Shown here one piece after another: positions 28,164 to 36,710 of a DNA stretch of 37,824 bases. The stretch's first letter is position 1. Each line of letters begins with the position of its first letter. The notes below the pieces were generated by a model. The model was given only the letters and a program-made list of their open reading frames with translations. It was not told the origin of the DNA and made no database searches. Both the position numbers and the translations under genes were made by a program. Origin of the DNA: Deltaproteobacteria bacterium (GTDB taxonomy: Bacteria; Desulfobacterota; Desulfobacteria; Desulfobacterales; JAABPS01); assembly GCA_019309685.1 (NCBI GenBank), contig JAFDFT010000004.1, forward strand, positions 1 through 37,824, read 5' to 3'.

Positions 28164-28820
28164 TTATCCATTATTTATATTTTTCTGCTCGATCTGCTTT
28201 GATGAATCAGGCTTTTTCCGTTTGAAAAAGTTGACAATGACCTCAAAAATCCCCTTAATCCCGCGCCAGATCCTGGGAATCGCCCAGGCCATTGTGATGA
28301 TGAAAAGAATAAGCAGCCCCAGGAAAACCCAGGGGTGGTAAAGAGCGGCCCAAAGCCCGCCGATAACAGCAATATCTTCAGTGATGGATGCAGTCCAGTT
28401 GCTGACAGGTTCAGGAGATGCGTTGATGATAACCCGCGTACCCGCCTTGGTGATATGCGCGCCTGTTGCCATGCCGCCTCCGATGATGGCCGCAGTAAGG
28501 GAGATAGCCGGGTTCACGTCTCCAACCGCGCCCGCGGCCAGTATTGCTCCCGCAGGGATGCGGATAAAGGTATGGATGCCGTCCCAGCCCGTATCCACTC
28601 CGGGTATCTTGTCTGCCGCAAATTCAACAAAATACATAAATACTGCCGCAATGATAACAGGCGGATTCGCGAGAATCTGTAAACCCGGCGGCAATACAAT
28701 ATTTTCCGAAATACCAAGAATCCCCAGCATGGCAATGGCAGCATACAGATTGATCCCACTGGCCCACGCCACACCCATTGTAAGGGCGATAATACCGGCA
28801 ATATGGTTCAGTTGATCCAT
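28164..28820 (-). CDS. DUF4126 family membrane protein
   Basis: ASGINLY, EFAADKIPGVD..WD, SPEPVSNWTASITED. Confidence 0.85.
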   Translation of the reverse strand: MDQLNHIAGIIALTMGVAWASGINLYAAIAMLGILGISENIVLPPGLQILANPPVIIAAVFMYFVEFAADKIPGVDTGWDGIHTFIRIPAGAILAAGAVGDVNPAISLTAAIIGGGMATGAHITKAGTRVIINASPEPVSNWTASITEDIAVIGGLWAALYHPWVFLGLLILFIITMAWAIPRIWRGIKGIFEVIVNFFKRKKPDSSKQIEQKNINNG

Positions 28821-28892
28821 AATATTTTTTTACTATATCTTACCTTGCTATAAACAAAAAATAGCCAGTTCTTCTTTGCTAAATCCTAAAGC

Positions 28893-29044
28893 GTGACAAG
28901 TAAATAGCAAACAAGAAAATAGTGAATAGTTAAAAACTATACAAAAATTGTCTTCTGATTCGTAACTATTTACTCGTCACAATTTACTATTTACTATTAA
29001 ATTCACTCGTCACTATTTGCGATTCGCCTCTTGCCTCTAGCCTC
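28893..29044. repeat. Degenerate inverted heptamer tandem arrays
   Basis: GTGACAA GTAAATA..GTGAATA facing CTATTTA CTCGTCA CAATTTA CTATTTA.., then CCTCTTG CCTCTAG. Confidence 0.65.
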
Positions 29045-29051
29045 AAATCTC

Positions 29052-30389
29052 TTATATATCTTTTAAAAGTTTATTGGAAGGCAGTTTCCGGGTTGTGTCG
29101 GCAAATGCCTGTAGGGTTTCGGACAATCGCTCTAATTCCTGAGTCTGTGCGACTGGAATAGTATCAGTCCCTCTGTGCTCCAATGCCTCCAGCACAAATG
29201 TCACTGTAAGAATACTGATATCGCGTGCAGGCTGATACGCCAGTTCCTTATATTTTTTCGTCCGCGTGTCGCTAATAACACCGCTTTCAACCAGTTCATA
29301 GAGTATTTCACGCACCAATCGTATAGGAACTTCCAGTATGTGTGAGACCTGCTCAGCCGTTAATGGTTTTTCTCCCTTTGAAAAATTTTTTACCAATAGA
29401 TGAGCAATTTGAAGAGAAATAAGTTTTTTAAAGGAAAGGCTTGTTTGCAGGCAATCAGGTTCAAATTCATACGTATCAACATTTTGGCTGGCAAACGAAA
29501 TTTCTGCGCCAAAAAGAACAATCAGCCAACTAATCTGCAGCCATACCAGAAACAATGGAAATGCTGCAAAACCGCCATAAATAGCATTGTTTCTACCAAT
29601 CCCAATTTGAAAATAGATATACGCCCATTGGGCAATTACGTAGATGGTCCCGGCGATCACACCTGCGATTGCACCGGATCGAAAATTAACTTTAGTATTC
29701 GGCATCAAAATATAAACGATGGTAAAAAGTACCCAGATAAGACAATACGGCAACAATTTTAGAACAAGCAATATAACAGGGCTGAAAAAACCTATTAGGG
29801 CGACTTTGTCTGTAATATTTGTCACCTGCGTTGTAATAAAGACCGTGACACTGCTGGACATAAACATAAGAACAGGGCCGATCATCATGGTTGAAAGATA
29901 GTCGCTGAATTTCCTGCCAAATGCTCGCGATTCTTTTATCTCCCAAATATCATTAAATGAACCCTCAATGTGCCCCAGGACCTTTATCACTGACCAGAAA
30001 AGAAGCACCAGACCCAACCCGGCGATTATGCCGCCCTTTGTATTTTCCAGCATGGAATTTGAAAAAGTAACAACCTGATTCAGCACTTCCTCCTGAACAG
30101 GCAGTTTTTCATAAAGCTGTTTTTCAAGCAGCTTATCAAATCCAAAACCCTTGGCAATACCGAAAGCCATGGCAGCTACGGGAACAATGGAAAGCAGAGA
30201 ATAAAAAGTCAATGATGACGCCCTGAGCATACATTTATCTTCAAAAAAACCACGTGACGCAAGAATAATTATCCTTAACTGATTTATTAAAAATGATTTG
30301 CCAATAGGCAGGTCATTTACGCGGATCCGCCATATATCTGTTGTGATAAAATGGGTGATTTTATTGATAATAAACCTTATATTCTGCAT
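29052..30389 (-). CDS. YihY/BrkB family membrane protein with a C-terminal wHTH
   Basis: ASSLTFYSLLSIVP, IEGSFNDIW, IYGGFAAFPLFLVWLQISW..LFGAEI; C-terminal helix-turn-helix followed by YQPARD. Confidence 0.88.
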   Translation of the reverse strand: MQNIRFIINKITHFITTDIWRIRVNDLPIGKSFLINQLRIIILASRGFFEDKCMLRASSLTFYSLLSIVPVAAMAFGIAKGFGFDKLLEKQLYEKLPVQEEVLNQVVTFSNSMLENTKGGIIAGLGLVLLFWSVIKVLGHIEGSFNDIWEIKESRAFGRKFSDYLSTMMIGPVLMFMSSSVTVFITTQVTNITDKVALIGFFSPVILLVLKLLPYCLIWVLFTIVYILMPNTKVNFRSGAIAGVIAGTIYVIAQWAYIYFQIGIGRNNAIYGGFAAFPLFLVWLQISWLIVLFGAEISFASQNVDTYEFEPDCLQTSLSFKKLISLQIAHLLVKNFSKGEKPLTAEQVSHILEVPIRLVREILYELVESGVISDTRTKKYKELAYQPARDISILTVTFVLEALEHRGTDTIPVAQTQELERLSETLQAFADTTRKLPSNKLLKDI

Positions 30390-30461
30390 AGTTATTTTCC
30401 TCTGTTAAGATAAGCCAAAGAATTTTGAACAGAATCTCTAAGAATGTTTTCTTTTATATTG

Positions 30462-30486
30462 CCTGAATCTTGCATATCAGTACAGG
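30462..30486. repeat. Minimal remnant of MITE family A
   Basis: CCTGAATCTTGCAT (reverse complement of the family right end) closed by CAGG, with inverted flanks TTG/CAA. Confidence 0.5.
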
Positions 30487-30616
30487 CAAATATTGTAAAG
30501 CTGGAAACGAAACAGATTATGGATACCGAAGATACATTTCCCGTTTTTATGTTTGCTTCATTCAGCCATATCTATTATGTTATTTATTCCATATAATTTA
30601 AAATGTTAAATATAAT

Positions 30617-31591
30617 ATGATAAGCATAAAAACACGATTTAAAGACTTTAAAGACAGCCTGGAAAGCATTAACTGGTTAATGCTCAAGTTCAAGAAAGTG
30701 TCACCCTTTCCTCAAAAAAAAGTGCTGGTACTTGAGGGCGGCGGCATGCGGGGTATATTTTTAACCGGGGTAATGCAGGCCTTTACGGACAGGGGCTACT
30801 TTCCATGGAAACTTATCATCGGATCGTCTGCCGGAGCATTAACCGGTACCGCGTACGCGGCCGGTCAGATACATCTTGCCAGGGATGCGTTTTTCACTGA
30901 ACTGCTCACAGGTAACTTTATTCGCATCTCCAATATTGTCCGCCCTGAACAACACATTCTGAATCTGGACTGGATGATAGATACGATCATCAAAGGAGAT
31001 GAGCCCTTAAACCTTCGTCGATTAAAAAATTCATGTCCAGTACTCATCACTGCGACCCACTGTCGTGAAAATCATCCGCCTGAGACCATTTACCTCAACT
31101 CAAAAGAGGACAGTGTGCCGACCGCACTCAAGGCAACTGCCGCCATCCCGTTTCTATACAGAAACTTCGTAAAATATAAACATTATAAGTTTCTCGACGG
31201 CGCCCTGCTGGATCCCATCCCATATAAAAAGGCGCTTGAAATGGGATTTAAAGAAAAAGAGATTCTGGTGATCACCACGAGGCAAAAAGGTTACAGGAAA
31301 AAGGAAGAATCTTTCTGGATTAAAAATCTTTATGAAGCCTATTATAAAGATCCCAAACATCAGTTTTTACTCAAGGCCCTAAACAGGTTTCGGCAATACA
31401 ATAAACTGCGCGATGATCTTGAACGGAAAAACAGCAAAATTGATGTAATTTATCCGCCTAAAGATTTCAGGGTGAACCGTTTAACACAAGACGGGGAAAA
31501 AATTCTTGAAGGGTTCGGGCAGGGGATCAAAGCCGCAAAAGAATGGCTTTTTAAAGACAAAATTAAGAAAAAGAAGAAAAAAAGATCATAA
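30617..31591 (+). CDS. Patatin-like phospholipase
   Basis: LEGGGMRG, GSSAG nucleophile, DGA catalytic Asp. Confidence 0.9.
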   Translation: MISIKTRFKDFKDSLESINWLMLKFKKVSPFPQKKVLVLEGGGMRGIFLTGVMQAFTDRGYFPWKLIIGSSAGALTGTAYAAGQIHLARDAFFTELLTGNFIRISNIVRPEQHILNLDWMIDTIIKGDEPLNLRRLKNSCPVLITATHCRENHPPETIYLNSKEDSVPTALKATAAIPFLYRNFVKYKHYKFLDGALLDPIPYKKALEMGFKEKEILVITTRQKGYRKKEESFWIKNLYEAYYKDPKHQFLLKALNRFRQYNKLRDDLERKNSKIDVIYPPKDFRVNRLTQDGEKILEGFGQGIKAAKEWLFKDKIKKKKKKRS

Positions 31592-31595
31592 TTTT

Positions 31596-32084
31596 TCAGT
31601 TCCCCCTATTTTCCAGCCAATCTCTTACGGCAGGACCTGTGCCAAAAGGCCAGGGTTTTAATTTTTCAGGGCTAACTTTTTTTATATCAGCGATTTCATC
31701 ACCAATAGTAATATCTCCCTGGGCTTTTACATGAAAGGCCAGTATCAATTGATTCATTTCAAGAAATGAATAATATCCAATAAAGCTTTCAATTCTCCCT
31801 TCCAGGCCGAGTTCTTCCTTTACCTCCCGAAGCACACAGTCGTCTGGGGTTTCGCCCGCTTCAAGAAACCCTGAAACAAGTCCAAACATCCCCTCAGGCC
31901 ATCCATTGTTTTGTACCAGGACAATTTCATTGCCGAGTTCAACAATCGCACCAACGATGGGCGTGGGATTATTCCAGAATACGTAGTTACATGATTCGGA
32001 TTCGCAGCATAAACGGGATTCTCCATCTATTTTATTTGCTGAAACCTTACTGCCGCAATGAGGACAAAATCTTATATCAGCCAT
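31596..32084 (-). CDS. NUDIX hydrolase with an N-terminal zinc ribbon
   Basis: FCPHCG..C....C..WNNPTP and Nudix box GFLEAGETPDDCVLREVKEELGL. Confidence 0.9.
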   Translation of the reverse strand: MADIRFCPHCGSKVSANKIDGESRLCCESESCNYVFWNNPTPIVGAIVELGNEIVLVQNNGWPEGMFGLVSGFLEAGETPDDCVLREVKEELGLEGRIESFIGYYSFLEMNQLILAFHVKAQGDITIGDEIADIKKVSPEKLKPWPFGTGPAVRDWLENRGN

Positions 32085-32117
32085 TTATTTGAAATCCTTA
32101 GGCTACATACTTTTGCC

Positions 32118-32160
32118 TACTCGTCACTATTTACTTCTTGCCTCTCGTCCTTCATCTTCT
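32118..32160. repeat. Short heptamer array
   Basis: CTCGTCA CTATTTA CTTCTTG CCTCTCG, the same units as 28965-29044. Confidence 0.5.
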
Positions 32161-32162
32161 TT

Positions 32163-32990
32163 TTATAATTTCGCACCACAATGCTTACAGTACGTCGCGT
32201 CAACATCATGACCTTCAGCACCACACTCCGGACATGCCTGTGTGGAAATCTTTTTATTGAATGCGGTCGCCATTTCTACGGTAACAATGCCTGTTGGAAT
32301 CGCGATAATCCCGTAACCCAGTATCATAATCATGGCGGCCAGAAACTGACCCATACCTGTCTTGGGCAAAATATCTCCGTAGCCAACCGTTGTCAGCGTT
32401 ACAATGGCCCAATAGATACTTCTGGGTATGCTCGTAAAACCGCTTTCCTTTGATTCAATGAAATACATCAACGAACCAAAAATGATTACCAAAGTCAAAA
32501 CCGCAAAAAGAAAGACAATGATCTTTCGCCTGCTTGCCCTCAGCGCAGCTATGAGAAGTCTGGCCTCACCAAGATACTGAACCAGTTTCAGCACACGAAA
32601 GATTCTCAATACCCTTAAAAGACGAATCACAAGAAAGTATTGGCTGCCGGGGATAAACAGGCTGAAATATGTGGGAAGGATCGCCAGCAAATCAATAATC
32701 CCGAAAAAACTTCGCGCGTAAAGAATCGGACGCCCCACGCAGTACAGCCGCAAAATATATTCAATGGTAAAGAGAATCGTAAAAAACCACTCAGCAGCAT
32801 ATAGAAAGTCTCCATATGAATTTTGAATAGCAGAGACACTATCCAGCATCACCATCAAAACGCTTAGGACAATACCGATGATGAGGAGAATATCAAATGT
32901 CTTTCCCGCAGGTGTATCCGCTTCAAAAATAATTTCGTGAAGTTTCTGTCGCGATTTACTGATGGAATTCGATTTTGTATGTTTAGCCAT
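32163..32990 (-). CDS. Voltage-gated-type potassium channel (ion transporter)
   Basis: S4 helix RLLRVLRIFRVLK, filter TTVGYGD, C-terminal CxxC..CxxC. Confidence 0.93.
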   Translation of the reverse strand: MAKHTKSNSISKSRQKLHEIIFEADTPAGKTFDILLIIGIVLSVLMVMLDSVSAIQNSYGDFLYAAEWFFTILFTIEYILRLYCVGRPILYARSFFGIIDLLAILPTYFSLFIPGSQYFLVIRLLRVLRIFRVLKLVQYLGEARLLIAALRASRRKIIVFLFAVLTLVIIFGSLMYFIESKESGFTSIPRSIYWAIVTLTTVGYGDILPKTGMGQFLAAMIMILGYGIIAIPTGIVTVEMATAFNKKISTQACPECGAEGHDVDATYCKHCGAKL

Positions 32991-33001
32991 ATATTATATT
33001 T

Positions 33002-33154
33002 TATGATCTCGCAAAAAGTAAAAAATCAAATTTTTACTCGGTTTTAAGTTTTAGGTGTTAGGTTTTAAGCAACTGATTTAAAAGGCAAAGGCTAACCTAA
33101 AACTTAACACTTAAAACCTAAAACGTAATGAATTCGACTTTGTACGAAGCCATC
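33002..33154. mobile_element. Family C TIRs enclosing inverted heptamer arrays
   Basis: TATGATCTCGCAAAAAGT ... ACTTTGTACGAAGCCATC. Inside: GTTTTAA-type x4 (33041-33068) and CCTAAAA-type x4 (33096-33123). Confidence 0.75.
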
Positions 33155-33159
33155 AAAAT

Positions 33160-33252
33160 TACCACCTCAGTGTATTTCGAGGATTAAGCCCGCCAAGGCG
33201 GGATTGAGCCTGACAAAGAGATTGGATAAAAGAAAGTGTTTTCAAAGGCCTA
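33160..33252 (-). mobile_element. Truncated family B MITE (left half, inverted)
   Basis: Reverse complement TAGGCCTTTGAAAA..CCAAT..GTCAGG..CCCGCCTTGGCGGG..TTAATCCTCGAAATAC matches 10080-10196. Confidence 0.7.
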
Positions 33253-33906
33253 TTACCATCTGCAGATAATCCACCCTTTCTCCATAGCAACCTTCTCAAG
33301 CTTCTTATCAGGGGTTACGCACATAGGGTGCCCTACCACTTCCAATACGGGGATATCGGATGCTGAATCCCCGTAATAATAGGCATCCTTAAGATCATAT
33401 CCGTGCTTCTCACAGTATTTTTCTGCCTGTCTTAATTTTTCCGCTCCGTAACAATAGTTTCCCAGGGGAAGCCCTGAATAATGCCCATCGATTACTTCCA
33501 GCTCCGAGCAGATGATATCGCCCATACCCAGGTGCTGTTTTATCAATTCGCTCAAATACCGGGTCGTGGCAGAAAGGATGACAGTAAACCCTCCATTTGT
33601 ATTATGAAAATCAACTTCCAAACGGGCCTTTTCACGGACCTTATCCTTTAGATGTTCATCAAAGAGCCGGGTACTAAAATCTAATATTTCTTTTTCAGAA
33701 ATCCCTTTAAGCCATCGCGCCATTAGTTTTATAACATTTTCCGACTTCATCAGCTTGAACCGGTATAGCAGAGAAAGAACAAGCCCTTCCATCAGGTTCA
33801 AATTACTGATAAGTCCCTCCCGGTATCCATTTGCTGCCATCACTTTGCCGCTGGTAGCGCTGATGACGGTATTGTCAATATCAAAAAAAGCGATATACTT
33901 CTTCAT
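33253..33906 (-). CDS. HAD-IB family hydrolase (phosphoserine-phosphatase-like)
   Basis: FFDIDNT, ILSAT, GAEK, YGDSASDIPVL, VTPD. Confidence 0.9.
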   Translation of the reverse strand: MKKYIAFFDIDNTVISATSGKVMAANGYREGLISNLNLMEGLVLSLLYRFKLMKSENVIKLMARWLKGISEKEILDFSTRLFDEHLKDKVREKARLEVDFHNTNGGFTVILSATTRYLSELIKQHLGMGDIICSELEVIDGHYSGLPLGNYCYGAEKLRQAEKYCEKHGYDLKDAYYYGDSASDIPVLEVVGHPMCVTPDKKLEKVAMEKGWIICRW

Positions 33907-33917
33907 AATAACAGCAT

Positions 33918-34841
33918 CTATTTATTGTTAAAAAAATGATTGCCATGCGGATTATAGATGATCTTCACGGCTCTGGGCAAAATGTTTACTTCATATGTAC
34001 TGGCGAAAAATAATTCGCCATCCAGATGATGGGGGACATCATGATCAAATTCAATAAACAGTTTATCTGTCTGGTAGTAATTGACCTTTGGATCTTCGAT
34101 ATGCGTTCCCTTTGGCACTTTGAGAAGTATGGCAAGCCTTTTCATAATAGAAAGCTCGTCTATCATACAGACATCCAGCAGCCCGTCATTGGCAACTGCC
34201 TTTGGTGTAAGGAAAAAATCGCCTGCGAACCTTCTGCCATTGGCAACCGTATTGATGAAACATTTTGTTTCATGTGTTTCGCCGTTTGTCTTTGTTATCA
34301 TGTTTTTTTCTTTGTATAAAAAAATCGTCTTAATGATATGCCGCCAGTACCTCAGTGCACTTCCTTGTTTACCTTCTCCTGTATCTTTAAAATTTTCAGC
34401 CGCGACCTGAGCGTCAAACCCAAGCCCCATTCCATTGAGAAAATAATTACCGTTACATTTCCCGACATCCATTTCTATAATATTTCCTTCAAGCAGTATA
34501 TCCCAGTCCCGGTCCGTGAACAGGTCAGAAAAACCAAGTATCTGAATAAAATCGTTTCCTGTACCCGCTGACACCATTCCCAGAATAGCATCGCTTTTGC
34601 CCACAATGGCCTGCGCCACCTCGTTAACCGTTCCATCCCCGCCCACCGGTATAAAACACTGATACCCATCGTTTAAAAATTTGCCTGCCAATTCTGTGGC
34701 ATGACCCTTCTTTTCGGTTAAAACCAGTTGTGCGTCCAGGTTGTGCTTTTTGATAACGTCCCTGACTTTTCCCACACATTTACCCGCATATCCGCTCCCT
34801 GCTATCGGATTTAAGATGAATACACATTTCTTGTCCTTCAT
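33918..34841 (-). CDS. Diacylglycerol/sphingosine kinase family lipid kinase (YegS/DgkB-like)
   Basis: NPIAG, GGDGTVNEV, GTGNDF, GLGFDA, DGLLD, DGE. Confidence 0.92.
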   Translation of the reverse strand: MKDKKCVFILNPIAGSGYAGKCVGKVRDVIKKHNLDAQLVLTEKKGHATELAGKFLNDGYQCFIPVGGDGTVNEVAQAIVGKSDAILGMVSAGTGNDFIQILGFSDLFTDRDWDILLEGNIIEMDVGKCNGNYFLNGMGLGFDAQVAAENFKDTGEGKQGSALRYWRHIIKTIFLYKEKNMITKTNGETHETKCFINTVANGRRFAGDFFLTPKAVANDGLLDVCMIDELSIMKRLAILLKVPKGTHIEDPKVNYYQTDKLFIEFDHDVPHHLDGELFFASTYEVNILPRAVKIIYNPHGNHFFNNK

Positions 34842-34913
34842 GTCTATACCCCCATCCTTTTAATTGAAGTGCTATTCCAACCATTTACATCTGAATGTTA
34901 AATACATTTAAAA

Positions 34914-35999
34914 TCAAGTGCCGCGTTTTTCTAATTTTTCAGCTTCAGCAATCCACTTCACCTCATGAACCGCAAATCCCATCCGTTTACGGGTTGAAGC
35001 CCATCTGAGATATATCATTTCTGTTGCAAAATAAACCATAATTGTCAAAACAATGCCCGCGATAATGTCAATCACCCAATGATAACGCAGATATACCGTG
35101 CTGATGATGAGCGAAAAAACCCCTATTACCCAGAAACTGATAGATGTTTTTTCCCATTTAAAGGTCTCCCTGTACCGCATCGCGTAAATTAAGCAAATCA
35201 GGCATAAACAGACATGCATACTTGGCATGCAATCGGTTTTTATCCTTTCAAGGTAATTCCACATGTCATACTGAAGCGCGTAAAAGGACTCCCGCCCTGT
35301 TAGATTCAATAAAAAAGTAAATTTTATCCCTTCCAGCCGCGAAGTAAATTCCGGAATATTTTTCGCCATCTTCGGGAAATCGGGATCAAATACAAACCGG
35401 GGGCCTATTGCTGGGAAGAGTATATAGCAGCTCAATGAAATAATTAATGAAATCACCTGTGCCATCAGCACCCTGTAAAATACATCAAGCCTGTTTTTCT
35501 GCAGCAAATAGATAATATATACAAATGGATATACAAAAAACATGCCGTATGCCACCATAAAATAATCTACCGCCAGGGGATGAAGGAGTTTTTGCAGCCA
35601 AATCGTTGGCTGAACGCCAAACATGACCTCGTCGACCATCATCAAATACAGGTCCACATTTTTAAATGTGTCTTCAAACGCTTTGCTGAACAAAATAAGG
35701 TTTTCATAAACCACTGCGATTAATAAATAGGGGAGACAATACCACGTAAGCTGCAGATAGCTTTTATAGATATTTTCATGCACACCCTGCTGATTAAACA
35801 GCCTGAATCTTTTTCTGTTTAAAAATGTATGAAGAAGTATTATGGTAATGTAAGTATAGAAAAATGTGAACAGGTCAGCGTCTTTAAGATCAAACCGATC
35901 AAAATTAAAAGCAATTATAAAAAGAAGCAGTATGATAAAAACCAGCACAAACCAAAGCGCTGGATTTGTATTGGTGAGCAAGTTCTCTTTGTTTTTCAT
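34914..35999 (-). CDS. PAP2 superfamily, Aur1/Ipt1 (inositolphosphotransferase)-like membrane protein
   Basis: YILFPAIGPR, DCMPSMH, STVYLRYHWVIDIIAG; multiple TM segments. Confidence 0.85.
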   Translation of the reverse strand: MKNKENLLTNTNPALWFVLVFIILLLFIIAFNFDRFDLKDADLFTFFYTYITIILLHTFLNRKRFRLFNQQGVHENIYKSYLQLTWYCLPYLLIAVVYENLILFSKAFEDTFKNVDLYLMMVDEVMFGVQPTIWLQKLLHPLAVDYFMVAYGMFFVYPFVYIIYLLQKNRLDVFYRVLMAQVISLIISLSCYILFPAIGPRFVFDPDFPKMAKNIPEFTSRLEGIKFTFLLNLTGRESFYALQYDMWNYLERIKTDCMPSMHVCLCLICLIYAMRYRETFKWEKTSISFWVIGVFSLIISTVYLRYHWVIDIIAGIVLTIMVYFATEMIYLRWASTRKRMGFAVHEVKWIAEAEKLEKRGT

Positions 36000-36010
36000 A
36001 AGTTAATTTT

Positions 36011-36655
36011 TTAAAGAAGTTTTTCAAGCCGAGCAATGCCCGGGCACTTTATAGTTGCTTCAAAATCAGGATGGCGCTTTTCATCAAAAAACTTAAAACC
36101 TGCTTTTTCATAAGCCCGCAGTGCCGGTGTATTCCCGATCAATACACCGATCTGTGATTTTTTATACCCAAGGTCCCGCCCTTTCTGGAAAATTTTCTCA
36201 AGCAGTCTGTTCACAAGGCCATGCCGCCTATAATCAGAACGCGCAGCCACCCATTCCACAACCCACGCGTCTTTATGAAATTTGGGCGTGCATGTCAAAA
36301 ACGGCCCCACCCGATTAAACATATCACCTAAGTCCTTCTTGCCCCAGCCTTCTTTTGACAGCACTTCATTGAGCATTTCAACGAAAACAAAATCAGTTGC
36401 TTTTTTCGGTTCGTACCCGGAAAGAGCTGCGGCTGCCTGGCCGTCAACTTCTGCGACGAGAAACCCCTCGAAGTTACAAATCGATTTGAACTCGGCTATT
36501 GCCAGTTTCCCAATGAGCTCCAGGCGCTTCTCCTCATCGCCAGGAAATGTAAAGTCCCAGTACCCGCGCTCAACATGCGATCGGCCGGCCGCAACCATTA
36601 CCCAGGCAAGAAATCCGGCGTCAGTTTCCCTTGCATTTCTTATTGTAACTTCCAT
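36011..36655 (-). CDS. GNAT family N-acetyltransferase
   Basis: IRNARETD, VAARSDYRRHGLVNRLL, NTPALRAYEKAGF. Confidence 0.88.
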   Translation of the reverse strand: MEVTIRNARETDAGFLAWVMVAAGRSHVERGYWDFTFPGDEEKRLELIGKLAIAEFKSICNFEGFLVAEVDGQAAAALSGYEPKKATDFVFVEMLNEVLSKEGWGKKDLGDMFNRVGPFLTCTPKFHKDAWVVEWVAARSDYRRHGLVNRLLEKIFQKGRDLGYKKSQIGVLIGNTPALRAYEKAGFKFFDEKRHPDFEATIKCPGIARLEKLL

Positions 36656-36710
36656 CTATTAGCTCCTTTCCTTTAATTCCTCACCACTTGCCTCTAACCT
36701 CTTTGTTTTT

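Noticed and set aside
32163-32240. Zinc ribbon on the K+ channel
   Set aside because: Common C-terminal feature of this bacterial channel family.
28893-33123. Heptamer arrays as a CRISPR array
   Set aside because: Period-7 degenerate tandem units with no repeat-spacer structure and no cas genes.
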